From positions 16,349 through 80,348 of the forward strand of contig JAXGMU010000006.1 in NCBI GenBank assembly GCA_040768485.1: a stretch of 64,000 nt of DNA, read 5' to 3'. The notes below the pieces were generated by a model, which had not been told where the DNA came from, did not search any database, and was given only the letters and a program-made list of their open reading frames with translations. Below are positions 1 through 9,346 of this stretch, piece by piece. Positions within the stretch are counted from its first letter, which is position 1. Every line of letters begins with the position of its first letter. Both the position numbers and the translations under genes were made by a program. This stretch comes from Bacteroidales bacterium. GTDB lineage: Bacteria; Bacteroidota; Bacteroidia; Bacteroidales; GCA-2748055.

Positions 1-232
1 CCCGGTTGAACTCATCGTTCATCAAATCGATCCTGGAAACCTTTTCCGGCTGTACCTCTCCCAGATGAAAGGGTTCTGCAACGGACCTGTTTTCTGAAAA
101 GGAAGCGGATCCACGCGAGATCACCTGTTCCACATAGGTGTTCCATTGGCCGCAGGAGTGACACCTGCCGATCCATTTGGGAGACTCGGCCCCGCAGTTC
201 TGACAGACATAAACAGATTTGGTTCTGGCCAT
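1..232 (-). CDS. radA: DNA repair protein RadA/Sms, N-terminal part (rest of gene lies beyond window start)
   Basis: Not in the ORF track because the frame runs off the window edge. My translation of the minus strand from ATG 232-230 gives MARTKSVYVCQNCGAESPKWIGRCHSCGQWNTYVEQVI. This is the double-CxxC zinc-ribbon N-terminus typical of RadA/Sms. Confidence 0.8.
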   Translation of the reverse strand, partial: MARTKSVYVCQNCGAESPKWIGRCHSCGQWNTYVEQVISRGSASFSENRSVAEPFHLGEVQPEKVSRIDLMNDEFNR

Positions 233-279
233 AAAGGATCTGAACAGGCATAAAGATAATCAAACGATCCGAACCCGGA

Positions 280-765
280 TCAGGAGCGCCTGCCAATCAT
301 CGAGCTGGTTGAATACCCTTCTAGCAGAGGGATGATCTCCACCCTTCCGTTCCAGGAGATCACTTCCCGGGAACCCACCACATCGGCCGCCCTGTAGTCA
401 CCTCCTTTTACAAGCACTTCCGGCCGGATCTTCAGGATCAGATCCAGCGGGGTATCCTCCTGAAAGATGATCACATAATCCACGAATGCCAGTGCCGCAA
501 GAACCTCGGCCCTGGCCTGCTGCGGATTCAGCGGTCTCCCCGCTCCCTTCAGCCGGGTAACCGAATCATCGCTGTTGAGTCCCACTACCAGCACATCGCC
601 CTTCTCCGCTGCCCGGGAAAGGTAATAAACATGGCCCCGGTGCAGCAGGTCAAAACAGCCGTTTGTGAAAACGATCCTTCGGTGTTTCCGGAAGGAGGGG
701 CTGAACAGCCTCCCTGCCTCTTCCGGGGTGATGATCCGCTGTTGTATCTCCTCATAAGTTCGCAT
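280..765 (-). CDS. rfaE2: D-glycero-beta-D-manno-heptose 1-phosphate adenylyltransferase-like cytidylyltransferase (RfaE domain II type, stand-alone)
   Basis: 161 aa. FTNGCFDLLHRGHVYYL nucleotidyltransferase motif, plus GLNSDDSVTRLKG and LVKGGDY as in HldE/RfaE C-terminal domains. Confidence 0.7.
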   Translation of the reverse strand: MRTYEEIQQRIITPEEAGRLFSPSFRKHRRIVFTNGCFDLLHRGHVYYLSRAAEKGDVLVVGLNSDDSVTRLKGAGRPLNPQQARAEVLAALAFVDYVIIFQEDTPLDLILKIRPEVLVKGGDYRAADVVGSREVISWNGRVEIIPLLEGYSTSSMIGRRS

Positions 766-1813
766 GGTCCGCTTCGGCTTTGGTCAGGGGATCTTCAGGC
801 ATATTCAGGGATTCTTTTTTGCGGGACAGCAGGATCAGGGCATAGGACACCGCACCCAGCAGGATGGTGAAGAAGGAATTGGATTCATGGGTAAGGATTG
901 CGTAGGCCCCTCCAAGTTCGAGGGGTAGTCCGTATACGTAAACAAGCCCCCTGGAGGTAATCCAGTGATAGGCTCCGAATCCCCCGGTAACCGGGGCCGC
1001 CATCCCCAGGCCGCCCACCACCAGCAGAAATATACCGTCAATAAAGGCCAGATGGGAAGTCTCCCGGAGGGCAAATACCACCACCCAGGTCATCATGATG
1101 TAATTGAACCAGATGAAGAAGGAGTGGAACACAAATTCCCACTTGTGCTTCATCTTGTAAAAGGTCTTCAGTCCCCCGATGATCCCTTTGATGATGTCCC
1201 TGCTTTTTCGGACCACGATAAAATGATCCAGGCGTTTCCGGTAGATATACAAAAGCAGCAGCACGATCGCGAGCGATCCGGCAAACAGCAGCCAGAAAAG
1301 GAGGGCGCCCCCGAAGGTTCCCTCAAACTTCTGCTGAAGGGGCATGATCACCTGCTCGCTGAAGAAGGCCCCGAATTTCTCCATGCGCCCGGCCAGCAAA
1401 ACCAGCAGGATCAGGAACAACATGATCAGGTCGAACACCCGCTCCATGATGACGGTCCCGATCAGTGAATCCACAGGGATCTTCTCCTTCTTTCCCAGGG
1501 TCACGCAGCGGGTCACCTCCCCCAGTCTGGGAAGCGCGTAATTGAAAAGATATCCCACCATCAATGAGTGGTAAGTATTCCTGAACGATGGGGAGTAACC
1601 GAGGGGTTCAATGAGAAGGACCCATCGCCGTGCCCGGCTGAGAAACGCGATCAGTGCGAACACCAGGGAAAGCCCGATCCACCAGAAATTGGCTTCCCGG
1701 AGTGTTTCAAGGAGTGAATCCAGGGCGATTCCCCTGAAGGCGAAATAGAGAAGCAGGATACCCAGTGCGAGGAAGCCGGCAACCTTCAGAATTTGTGAGA
1801 GGGTTTTTTTCAA
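752..1813 (-). CDS. Integral membrane protein, lysyl-phosphatidylglycerol-synthase-TM / flippase-like (UPF0104-type)
   Basis: 353 aa with many hydrophobic helices. The N-terminus MKKTLSQILKVAGFLALGILLLYFAFRGI is typical of this family. 14-nt overlap with rfaE2. Confidence 0.55.
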   Translation of the reverse strand: MKKTLSQILKVAGFLALGILLLYFAFRGIALDSLLETLREANFWWIGLSLVFALIAFLSRARRWVLLIEPLGYSPSFRNTYHSLMVGYLFNYALPRLGEVTRCVTLGKKEKIPVDSLIGTVIMERVFDLIMLFLILLVLLAGRMEKFGAFFSEQVIMPLQQKFEGTFGGALLFWLLFAGSLAIVLLLLYIYRKRLDHFIVVRKSRDIIKGIIGGLKTFYKMKHKWEFVFHSFFIWFNYIMMTWVVVFALRETSHLAFIDGIFLLVVGGLGMAAPVTGGFGAYHWITSRGLVYVYGLPLELGGAYAILTHESNSFFTILLGAVSYALILLSRKKESLNMPEDPLTKAEADHANL

Positions 1814-1821
1814 AACTGGAA

Positions 1822-2172
1822 TCAGGTGATTTTGTTGGTCATGGTGTCCGGAAAGATCACCGCGGGTCTGAATGATTTCGCCTCTTCAAAATCCATGGAA
1901 GCGTAGGACATGATAATGATCACATCACCCACCACTGTTTTGCGGGCGGCCGGTCCGTTCATGACGATCTCCCCGCTTCCCCTTTTTCCCCTGATCACAT
2001 AGGTCTCAAGCCGTTCCCCGTTGTTGATATTGACCACCTGCACTTTTTCATTCTCGATGAGATTGGCAGCATCCATCAGGTCTTCATCGATGGTGATGCT
2101 GCCCACGTAGTTCAGGTTGGCTTCGGTGACGGTCACCCTGTGTATCTTGGACTTAACAACTTCAATGTTCAT
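1822..2172 (-). CDS. panD: Aspartate 1-decarboxylase
   Basis: [32 protein letters not shown], with the Gly-Ser self-processing site. Start moved to ATG at 2172-2170; the track ORF starts 13 codons upstream. Confidence 0.9.
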   Translation of the reverse strand: MNIEVVKSKIHRVTVTEANLNYVGSITIDEDLMDAANLIENEKVQVVNINNGERLETYVIRGKRGSGEIVMNGPAARKTVVGDVIIIMSYASMDFEEAKSFRPAVIFPDTMTNKIT

Positions 2173-2213
2173 ATCGGCACCTTCCTGTTTCGGGGTTGGT
2201 TTACTCTGCAAAG

Positions 2214-3056
2214 TTAATCAAAAAAGATATTATCGATCAGCCTGACCTTCCCCAGCCGGACGGCGATGCAAGCCACCTTCCGGCCAGGCTCTGTCCACGA
2301 CCGGACGGGACGGAGATCCGTATCATTCACGATTTCAAAATATTCCAGCTCCATCAGGGACCGGTCTTCGAACTGGCCGGACACCCAGGACCTCACCTCG
2401 GCGGGGGAACGCATTGCCTTTTGTTCTTTAGCAGCCTTCAGGGTCTGGTAAATGTGGGGAGCTGCTTTCCGCTCTGCCCTGGTGAGCAGTTCGTTGCGGG
2501 AGCTCATGGCGAGGCCGTCCGGTTCGCGGATAATCGGACAACCGACAATGGAGATATCCAGGTTCATCAGTTCCACCAGTTTTCTGATGATCACCAGCTG
2601 CTGAAAATCCTTCTGACCGAAATATGCCCGGTGCGGCCGGACCGTTTCGAACAATTTGCTGACGATCTGGGCCACACCGTTAAAATGGCCCTTCCTGAAT
2701 GTACCTTCCATCACATTGTCAAGTCCCCCCAGGTCAAAGGTCCTGCGATCCTCTTCCGGGTACATCTCCTTCTCGGACGGGGCAAATACAACGTCCGTTT
2801 CCAGATCCCTCAGCATTTTCAGATCTTCATCCATCCTCCTGGGATAATTTTCAAGATCGGCAGGTTCGTTGAACTGTGTCGGATTGACGAAAATGCTCAC
2901 CACCAGGATGTCATTTTCCTTTCTGGCTCTCTCGATCAGCGAAGCATGTCCCTGATGGAGTGCTCCCATGGTGGGCACAAATCCGATGCGCTTCCCGAGG
3001 TCTCGGGTTGCATCCAGATGAGAGGCAACATCCTGTCTGGTCCGGTATACGATCAT
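2214..3056 (-). CDS. panC: Pantoate--beta-alanine ligase
   Basis: 280 aa. [17 protein letters not shown] motif. Located next to panD. Confidence 0.9.
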   Translation of the reverse strand: MIVYRTRQDVASHLDATRDLGKRIGFVPTMGALHQGHASLIERARKENDILVVSIFVNPTQFNEPADLENYPRRMDEDLKMLRDLETDVVFAPSEKEMYPEEDRRTFDLGGLDNVMEGTFRKGHFNGVAQIVSKLFETVRPHRAYFGQKDFQQLVIIRKLVELMNLDISIVGCPIIREPDGLAMSSRNELLTRAERKAAPHIYQTLKAAKEQKAMRSPAEVRSWVSGQFEDRSLMELEYFEIVNDTDLRPVRSWTEPGRKVACIAVRLGKVRLIDNIFFD

Positions 3057-3125
3057 CGGATAATTGGAGGGGCAAATATATGGAAAATGTCAGATGTTCC
3101 ATGCAGTCCCTGTCACAGACTTCAC

Positions 3126-3155
3126 TTGGGGTGTCAATAATTTTTAGTAAATTTG
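3126..3155 (+). promoter_or_regulatory. Candidate Bacteroidota primary-sigma promoter (-33 TTG, -7 TAAATTTG)
   Basis: TTG at 3126-3128, a 19-nt spacer, then TAAATTTG at 3148-3155, 27 nt upstream of ATG 3182. Matches the published Bacteroides/Flavobacterium TAnnTTTG consensus. Confidence 0.4.
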
Positions 3156-3181
3156 CCTGATCTAATATCCAGGGTTGGAAG

Positions 3182-3991
3182 ATGGAAAGTAAAAAGGTAC
3201 TGTTCGTATCCCAGGAAATCACTCCCTATTTACCCGAAACCGAGCTTTCCCAGATTAGCAGGATGCTTCCCCAGGCCGTCCAGGAGACCGGAAAGGAGAT
3301 CCGCACTTTCATGCCGAAATACGGGAGTATCAATGAAAGAAGGAACCAGCTTCATGAGGTGATCCGGCTCTCCGGGATGAACCTGATCATTGATGATACC
3401 GATCACCCGCTGATTATCAAAGTTGCCTCCATCCAGACCGCCCGGATGCAGGTCTATTTTATCGACAATGAGGATTATTTTCACCGGAAACACACGGTGG
3501 CCGATTCGAGAGGCAGATTTTTTGAGGACAACGATGAGCGAATGATCTTTTTCGCAAGGGGGGTGCTGGAGACCGTCAGGAAACTCCGCTGGTCACCTGA
3601 CCTGGTGCATTGTCTCGGCTGGTTTACATCCCTGGTTCCGCTGTATATCAAGAAGGCTTACCGGGAAGATCCGCTGTTTTCCGGGTCAAAGGTCATATTT
3701 TCCGCCTACGATCATGGCTTTACCCAGAAGCTGAACAGTTCCTTCGTCAGGAAGATCCTGGTGGACGGTGTTTCAGAAAACCACGTCAGCATGGTCGAAG
3801 ATCCAAGTTACGAGAACATTATCAGGCTGGCGGCAAAGTACTCCGATGGGCTGAACCAGGGGAGTGCCAGCCTGCCGGAGTCTGTCATCCGGATCCTGAA
3901 GGAGGAGGGCAAACCATTTCTGGAATATGCGGACAACAAAAAATATGTGGACAGGTTCTCCGTTTTCTATGACAGAGTCATCAACGCGTAA
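3182..3991 (+). CDS. Short glycogen/starch-synthase-like protein (GT5 N-terminal domain only)
   Basis: 269 aa. KVLFVSQEITPYLPETELSQISRMLPQAVQETGKEIRTFMPKYG resembles the GlgA N-terminal Rossmann half. There is no C-terminal nucleotide-sugar-binding half. Confidence 0.7.
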   Translation: MESKKVLFVSQEITPYLPETELSQISRMLPQAVQETGKEIRTFMPKYGSINERRNQLHEVIRLSGMNLIIDDTDHPLIIKVASIQTARMQVYFIDNEDYFHRKHTVADSRGRFFEDNDERMIFFARGVLETVRKLRWSPDLVHCLGWFTSLVPLYIKKAYREDPLFSGSKVIFSAYDHGFTQKLNSSFVRKILVDGVSENHVSMVEDPSYENIIRLAAKYSDGLNQGSASLPESVIRILKEEGKPFLEYADNKKYVDRFSVFYDRVINA

Positions 3992-4006
3992 GCTTTTTTT
4001 TGCACA

Positions 4007-5371
4007 ATGAAGAAGAAGGATTTGTGGGTCCGTGCACTCATCACGGGAATCATGGTGCTGGCGGGATGGTCGTGCCAGGTGGATGACCAGGAACTGGGAA
4101 CCGATTTGCTGCCTCCGGACGATGCAGTTTTCCTATTCCGGGACACCATTTTTGAGATCAACGCCGGTGCGGTGACCGGTAAGCCGTTGATGACCCACGA
4201 ACGGGGTGAAAACACAAGGCTTTTTTTAGTGGGTTCCACCCGGGATACCGTGGTTGGTCTGTCAAAGGCTTCCCTGATCACCCAGTACAATCCCACCCTC
4301 ACCTACAAAACTGGTCCGAACCTGACGATCGACTCCCTGGTGCTGTATCTCCATGTAGCCGGTCTGGACGGAGATACATCGGCACGGATGACCTTCCGGG
4401 TGCACGAACTGACCGAGCGCATTTACAGGGATTCGGTATATTACTCCGATTTCAGTCCGGAAGGCAGATATGATCCGGTCCCGCTGGCCGAGACCAGCGT
4501 CATCCCCCGAAGCAACACCACCTATTCATTTTTGATTGACGACCCGGAATACCTGGATAAATTCTACGTCCGCGAAACCGATACAGCGGTTTTCAGGAAT
4601 GATTCCCTTTTTAAGGGGGAGTTCAGGGGATTTTACATCGTGGCTGAATCTGAATCGGCACGCGGGGCAATGGCCGGCATACAGCTAAACAACGCATTGA
4701 GCAGGGTGGCGATGAAGTACGCATCCGACAGCACTGAAGTGGACAGCACGGCCGGACAGGATTTCGTGTGGTCCACCTTTGCCATTAACGAATATTCCAG
4801 CCAGAAGGTCAACATATTCGAGCACGATCACTCGGGCACCTACCTGGCCGGGATCATTGACAGGGAAAATGTGCTGTCCCGTTACTGCTACGTGCAGGGG
4901 ATGGCCGGTGTGAATACCAGGTTCTCTTTCGCCAACCTTCAGGAATGGATTGACAGGGAACCGGTCGTGATCAGCTCCGCCTCCATGGTTTTTGATGTGG
5001 TTCCCGAGTCGGAGAGCGGCATTTCACTGGGCACCCTGCCCAACCGGCTGATGCTTCTTTTCGAAAGGGACGGGGGCAGTTATGAATCACTTTATGATTA
5101 CGTCTCCCTCAGGCAGTTTGACAATGCTGCCAGCCGGTTCGGAGGATACCTGAAACCCGTGTCTTCGGGCATGTTCTCCGATACAACCTATACCTACCGC
5201 TTCAACGTGACCCTCCATTTCCAGGCCATGGTCAACCAGGAGGTGCTGGCGAACAATTTCATCCTTCAGGTGTCTGATGCCAGGGGAAATCCCAGATTCG
5301 CCAAACTCTGGAGCAGTCTTCCGGCCAACCGGCAGCGTGTCAGGTTGGAGGTGGTTTATTTAAAACTGTAA
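4007..5371 (+). CDS. Lipoprotein, DUF4270-like
   Basis: 454 aa with a signal peptide and lipobox (VLAGWSC). It sits directly after the short glgA-like gene, as I recall for DUF4270 genes in other Bacteroidota. The family name could not be verified here. Confidence 0.5.
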   Translation: MKKKDLWVRALITGIMVLAGWSCQVDDQELGTDLLPPDDAVFLFRDTIFEINAGAVTGKPLMTHERGENTRLFLVGSTRDTVVGLSKASLITQYNPTLTYKTGPNLTIDSLVLYLHVAGLDGDTSARMTFRVHELTERIYRDSVYYSDFSPEGRYDPVPLAETSVIPRSNTTYSFLIDDPEYLDKFYVRETDTAVFRNDSLFKGEFRGFYIVAESESARGAMAGIQLNNALSRVAMKYASDSTEVDSTAGQDFVWSTFAINEYSSQKVNIFEHDHSGTYLAGIIDRENVLSRYCYVQGMAGVNTRFSFANLQEWIDREPVVISSASMVFDVVPESESGISLGTLPNRLMLLFERDGGSYESLYDYVSLRQFDNAASRFGGYLKPVSSGMFSDTTYTYRFNVTLHFQAMVNQEVLANNFILQVSDARGNPRFAKLWSSLPANRQRVRLEVVYLKL

Positions 5372-5377
5372 GCAGCC

Positions 5378-7213
5378 ATGTGTGGAATTATCGGCTACAT
5401 CGGGAACAGAAAAGCCTACCCGGTCCTGATCAAAGGATTGAAGAGACTGGAATACCGCGGTTATGATTCCGCAGGGATCGCCCTGCTGAACGGGAGGACG
5501 GCCATTTACAAGAAAAAGGGAAAAGTATCCGAGCTGGAAGAGTTCGTGCAGGGAGCCGATACCGCGGGAACGGTGGGGATCGGACATACCCGCTGGGCCA
5601 CCCACGGGGAACCCAACGATGTGAATGCCCACCCGCATCATTCGGAAAAAGGACTGTTCACCATCATTCACAACGGGATCATTGAGAATTATTCCGACCT
5701 GAAACAGAGCCTGACCGAGCAGGGGATGAGCTTTTACAGTGAGACCGATACCGAAGTGCTGGCCAACCTGATCGAATACATCTACACCACCCAGAAAGTG
5801 AGCGTTGAGATCGCCGTGAGGCTTGCACTGCAAAAAGTGATCGGTGCATACGGCCTTGTGGTGATCTCCAGCGAGGAACCGGACATGATCATTGCCGCAC
5901 GCAGGAGCAGTCCCCTGGTAATCGGACTGGGCGAAGGGGAATATTTCATTGCCTCCGATGCCACCCCCATCGTTGAATACACCGACCGGGTGGTCTACCT
6001 GAACAACAACGATGTGGCCCTGATCAGAAGGGATGAACTGTTGCTGAAGAACCTCACCAATGATATTCTGACTCCCGACATACAGACCATTGACCTGGGT
6101 ATCTCCGAGATTGAAAAGCACGGGTACGATCATTTCATGCTCAAGGAGATCTTCGAACAGCCCCGGTCCATCCAGGATACTTTCAGAGGGAGGATCAGGC
6201 TGGACACCAATGAGATCCGGCTCGGCGGACTGTATGCGGTGAAAGATAAGCTGGTGCATGCAAAAAGGCTTGTGGTGATCGCCTGCGGCACTTCATGGCA
6301 TGCCGGCCTGGTGGGAGAATACCTGCTGGAAGATCTGGCAAGGATCCCTGTGGAGGTGGAATATGCATCAGAATTCAGGTACCGGAATCCCATGATCGGC
6401 CCGGAGGATGTGGTCCTGGCCATCAGCCAGAGCGGGGAGACCGCAGATACACTTGCGGCCATACAGCTTGCCAAAGAGGCCGGGGCGCTGGTGCTGGGCA
6501 TCTGCAATGTGGCGGGATCGTCCATTTCCAGGGAGACGCATGCGGGTGTGTACACCCATGCGGGTCCGGAGATCGGGGTGGCTTCCACCAAAGCCTTCAC
6601 GGCCCAGGTAACCGTGCTGACCATGATGGCGATCATGATCGGAAGCGAAAAGGGATTGCTGAGTAAGAAACGGTCCGCCGAACTGATCAGGGAGCTGAAT
6701 GAGCTCCCCGGAAAAATAGAGAAGATCCTGCAGAATAACGAAGCCTTCAGGCACATTGCAGGGATCTATAAAAATACGACCAACGCCCTGTACCTCGGAC
6801 GCGGGGTATCCTTTCCGGTGGCACTGGAAGGGGCCCTGAAACTGAAGGAGATCTCTTACATCCATGCCGAAGGCTATCCTGCGGCGGAAATGAAGCACGG
6901 GCCCATCGCCCTGATCGATGAAAACATGCCCGTGGTCTTCATTGCCACGCGCGACAAATCCTATGAGAAGATCGTCAGCAACATTCAGGAGGTCAAGGCC
7001 AGGAACGGCAATGTGATTGCCATTGTGACCGAGGGGGACAGGACCATCAGGAAGATGGCCGACCATGTGATCGAGATCCCCGAGACAGATGAGGTACTGG
7101 TGGCCATCCCTTCGGTGATCCCCCTGCAGCTGATCGCGTATCACATTGCGGTCATGCGTGGTTGCGACGTGGACCAGCCCAGGAACCTGGCCAAGTCGGT
7201 TACTGTGGAATGA
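5378..7213 (+). CDS. glmS: Glutamine--fructose-6-phosphate aminotransferase (isomerizing)
   Basis: 611 aa. N-terminal MCGIIGY (Ntn Cys), SIS-domain motifs (AISQSGETADT) and the C-terminal LAKSVTVE. Confidence 0.95.
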   Translation: MCGIIGYIGNRKAYPVLIKGLKRLEYRGYDSAGIALLNGRTAIYKKKGKVSELEEFVQGADTAGTVGIGHTRWATHGEPNDVNAHPHHSEKGLFTIIHNGIIENYSDLKQSLTEQGMSFYSETDTEVLANLIEYIYTTQKVSVEIAVRLALQKVIGAYGLVVISSEEPDMIIAARRSSPLVIGLGEGEYFIASDATPIVEYTDRVVYLNNNDVALIRRDELLLKNLTNDILTPDIQTIDLGISEIEKHGYDHFMLKEIFEQPRSIQDTFRGRIRLDTNEIRLGGLYAVKDKLVHAKRLVVIACGTSWHAGLVGEYLLEDLARIPVEVEYASEFRYRNPMIGPEDVVLAISQSGETADTLAAIQLAKEAGALVLGICNVAGSSISRETHAGVYTHAGPEIGVASTKAFTAQVTVLTMMAIMIGSEKGLLSKKRSAELIRELNELPGKIEKILQNNEAFRHIAGIYKNTTNALYLGRGVSFPVALEGALKLKEISYIHAEGYPAAEMKHGPIALIDENMPVVFIATRDKSYEKIVSNIQEVKARNGNVIAIVTEGDRTIRKMADHVIEIPETDEVLVAIPSVIPLQLIAYHIAVMRGCDVDQPRNLAKSVTVE

Positions 7214-7238
7214 TCAGGGGAACATGCCGGGAAGCCGG

Positions 7239-8303
7239 TCAGCGGTTCCCGTACTGTTGTTGGTAGTATGATTTGTAGGCACCGGAAGTGACGCGTTCCA
7301 TCCAGTCCTGGTTTGTCAGGTACCAGGCCACCGTTTTCTGCAATCCCTGCTCGAAGGTATGGGCGGGCTTCCAGCCGAGTTCTCCTCTGATCCGGGTCGC
7401 ATTGATGGCATACCGGTGATCATGCCCCGCCCGGTCTTTCACAAAAGTGATCAGCCCCGCAGAAGTGCCGGGCTCCCTGTTCAGCTCCCTGTCCATGATG
7501 CCGCACAGCAGCCGGATCAGGTCAATATTCTTCCACTCATTCATCCCCCCGATGTTGTAGGTCCGTCCCCGCACCCCCCGGTGAAAGACCAGGTCAATGG
7601 CAGCGGCATGGTCCTCCACGTAGAGCCAGTCCCGCACATTCTCCCCTTTCCCGTAAACGGGAATGGGTTGCATGTGCAGGATGTTGTGGATGGAGAGCGG
7701 GATCAGCTTTTCCGGGAACTGGTTGGGACCATAATTGTTGGAACAGTTGGAGATCACCACGGGCAATCCGTAAGTGTGGAAATAGGCCCTGACCAGGTGA
7801 TCGGAACTGGCTTTGGAGGCGGAATAGGGACTGCGCGGGTCATACGGGGTTTCTTCGGTGAAGGATCCTTCCTCCCCCAGGCTTCCGTACACCTCGTCGG
7901 TGGAAATGTGATAGAACAGGTGGTCCGCGGGATCCTGCCAGGCTTTGCGACAGCAGTTCAGGAGGTTGACCGTACCCACGATGTTGGTCCGGATAAACTC
8001 CATGGGATCCGTGATGGAACGGTCCACATGCGATTCGGCGGCCAGGTGGATCACCCCGTCGAATGAATACCGGCTGAACAGATCCGCAAGGAACGACTCA
8101 TTCGTAATGTTCCCCCTTAAGAAGGTGTAGTTGGGCCGGTCCTCCACATCCTTCAGGTTCTCAAGGTTGCCCGCGTAGGTTAGCTGGTCCAGGTTGATGA
8201 TCAGGTAACCGGGATGGCTGAGGACCATTTTCCGGACTACGTGCGATCCGATAAACCCGGCCCCGCCGGTGATCAGCAGGGTTTTATGAGTCGAGGGACT
8301 CAT
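7239..8303 (-). CDS. rfbB: dTDP-glucose 4,6-dehydratase
   Basis: 354 aa. ITGGAGFIGSH Rossmann motif, YSASKASSDHLVRAY (YxxxK), extended-SDR length. Confidence 0.9.
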   Translation of the reverse strand: MSPSTHKTLLITGGAGFIGSHVVRKMVLSHPGYLIINLDQLTYAGNLENLKDVEDRPNYTFLRGNITNESFLADLFSRYSFDGVIHLAAESHVDRSITDPMEFIRTNIVGTVNLLNCCRKAWQDPADHLFYHISTDEVYGSLGEEGSFTEETPYDPRSPYSASKASSDHLVRAYFHTYGLPVVISNCSNNYGPNQFPEKLIPLSIHNILHMQPIPVYGKGENVRDWLYVEDHAAAIDLVFHRGVRGRTYNIGGMNEWKNIDLIRLLCGIMDRELNREPGTSAGLITFVKDRAGHDHRYAINATRIRGELGWKPAHTFEQGLQKTVAWYLTNQDWMERVTSGAYKSYYQQQYGNR

Positions 8304-9334
8304 CGGCCGGTTTTTTTTGATTGTAAATACTTCTCCCAGTTCCAGGCTGAAAGAAGGGTTTCCCCGATCCCCTTTTCAGCTTTCCAGCCCAGTTCCCTGT
8401 TGGCCAGGCCGGTGTCTGCCCAAACCTGTTCCACGTCCCCCTCACGCCTTCCCGTCACCTGGTACCTGACCTTCACTCCGGTGGCCTTTTCGAAAGCATG
8501 GATGATCTCAAATACGGAAAGCCCCTTGCCGGTGCCCAGGTTATAGACTTCGTAGGGAGACCGCTGTTTCCCCTGCAGCAGCCGGTCGATGGCCGTCACG
8601 TGGGCCCTGGCCAGGTCCACCACGTTGATGTAATCCCTGATGGCCGTTCCGTCAGGGGTGTTGTAATCGTCCCCGAACACATTGAGCTGGTCCCGGATGC
8701 CGATGGCCGTCTGGGTGATGAAAGGGACCAGGTTGTTGGGAATGCCCAGGGGAAGTTCCCCGATCATGGCCGAAGGATGTGCTCCGATGGGGTTGAAGTA
8801 CCGCAGGGAGATGACCCTTAATTGCGGGGACGGCACCATCGCATCCCGGAGGATCTCCTCGCTGATCTGCTTGGTATTCCCGTAAGGCGAACTGGCCTCT
8901 TTTACCGGGGCATCCTCGGTGACAGGCAGCCGGTCGGGTTCTCCGTAAACGGTGCAGGAGGAGGAGAAGAGAAAATGATGTACCCCGTACCGGTTCATGG
9001 CTTCCAGCAGGTGGATCAGCGAAAGCAGGTTGTTTTCATAGTAGGTGAGTGGTTTTTCCACACTTTCCCCCACCGCCTTGAAGGCGGCAAAATGAATGAT
9101 CGCTTCGATCCGGGGATACTTTTCGAATACTCCGTAAGTGGCTTCCCTGTCTCTGAGGTCCACCTCTTCAAAGAAGGGCATTTTCCCGGTGATCGAAGCG
9201 ATCCCTTCCAGCACTTCACGGTCGGAATTGGAAAGGTTGTCGATGACCACCACTTCGTGTCCTTGTCCCTGCAGCTCCACCACCGTGTGGGATCCGATGT
9301 ATCCCGTGCCTCCTGTAACCAGAACAGTCGCCAT
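8300..9334 (-). CDS. galE: UDP-glucose 4-epimerase
   Basis: 344 aa. VTGGTGYIGSHTV, SPYGNTKQISE (YxxxK). 4-nt overlap with rfbB. Confidence 0.85.
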   Translation of the reverse strand: MATVLVTGGTGYIGSHTVVELQGQGHEVVVIDNLSNSDREVLEGIASITGKMPFFEEVDLRDREATYGVFEKYPRIEAIIHFAAFKAVGESVEKPLTYYENNLLSLIHLLEAMNRYGVHHFLFSSSCTVYGEPDRLPVTEDAPVKEASSPYGNTKQISEEILRDAMVPSPQLRVISLRYFNPIGAHPSAMIGELPLGIPNNLVPFITQTAIGIRDQLNVFGDDYNTPDGTAIRDYINVVDLARAHVTAIDRLLQGKQRSPYEVYNLGTGKGLSVFEIIHAFEKATGVKVRYQVTGRREGDVEQVWADTGLANRELGWKAEKGIGETLLSAWNWEKYLQSKKTGR

Positions 9335-9346
9335 TGTTTGTGTGAT

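Noticed and set aside
12-296. 94-aa ORF at the left edge.
   Set aside because: A different minus-strand frame encodes the RadA zinc-ribbon N-terminus, which starts at 232. The 94-aa product has no recognisable features and would overlap both radA and rfaE2.
5360-6259. 299-aa ORF antisense to glmS, plus many similar long antisense or out-of-frame ORFs in the track (for example 2196-3140, 7359-8066, 8822-9955, 28426-29226, 35045-36265, 41544-42908, 45949-46938, 47588-48421, 49116-49961, 53738-54598, 54637-55383).
   Set aside because: Each lies opposite or out of frame to a gene with unmistakable family motifs. Their translations are low-complexity and rich in G/P/R/H/D/Q, with no recognisable domains. 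High GC suppresses stop codons on the antisense strand. I treat them as artefacts.
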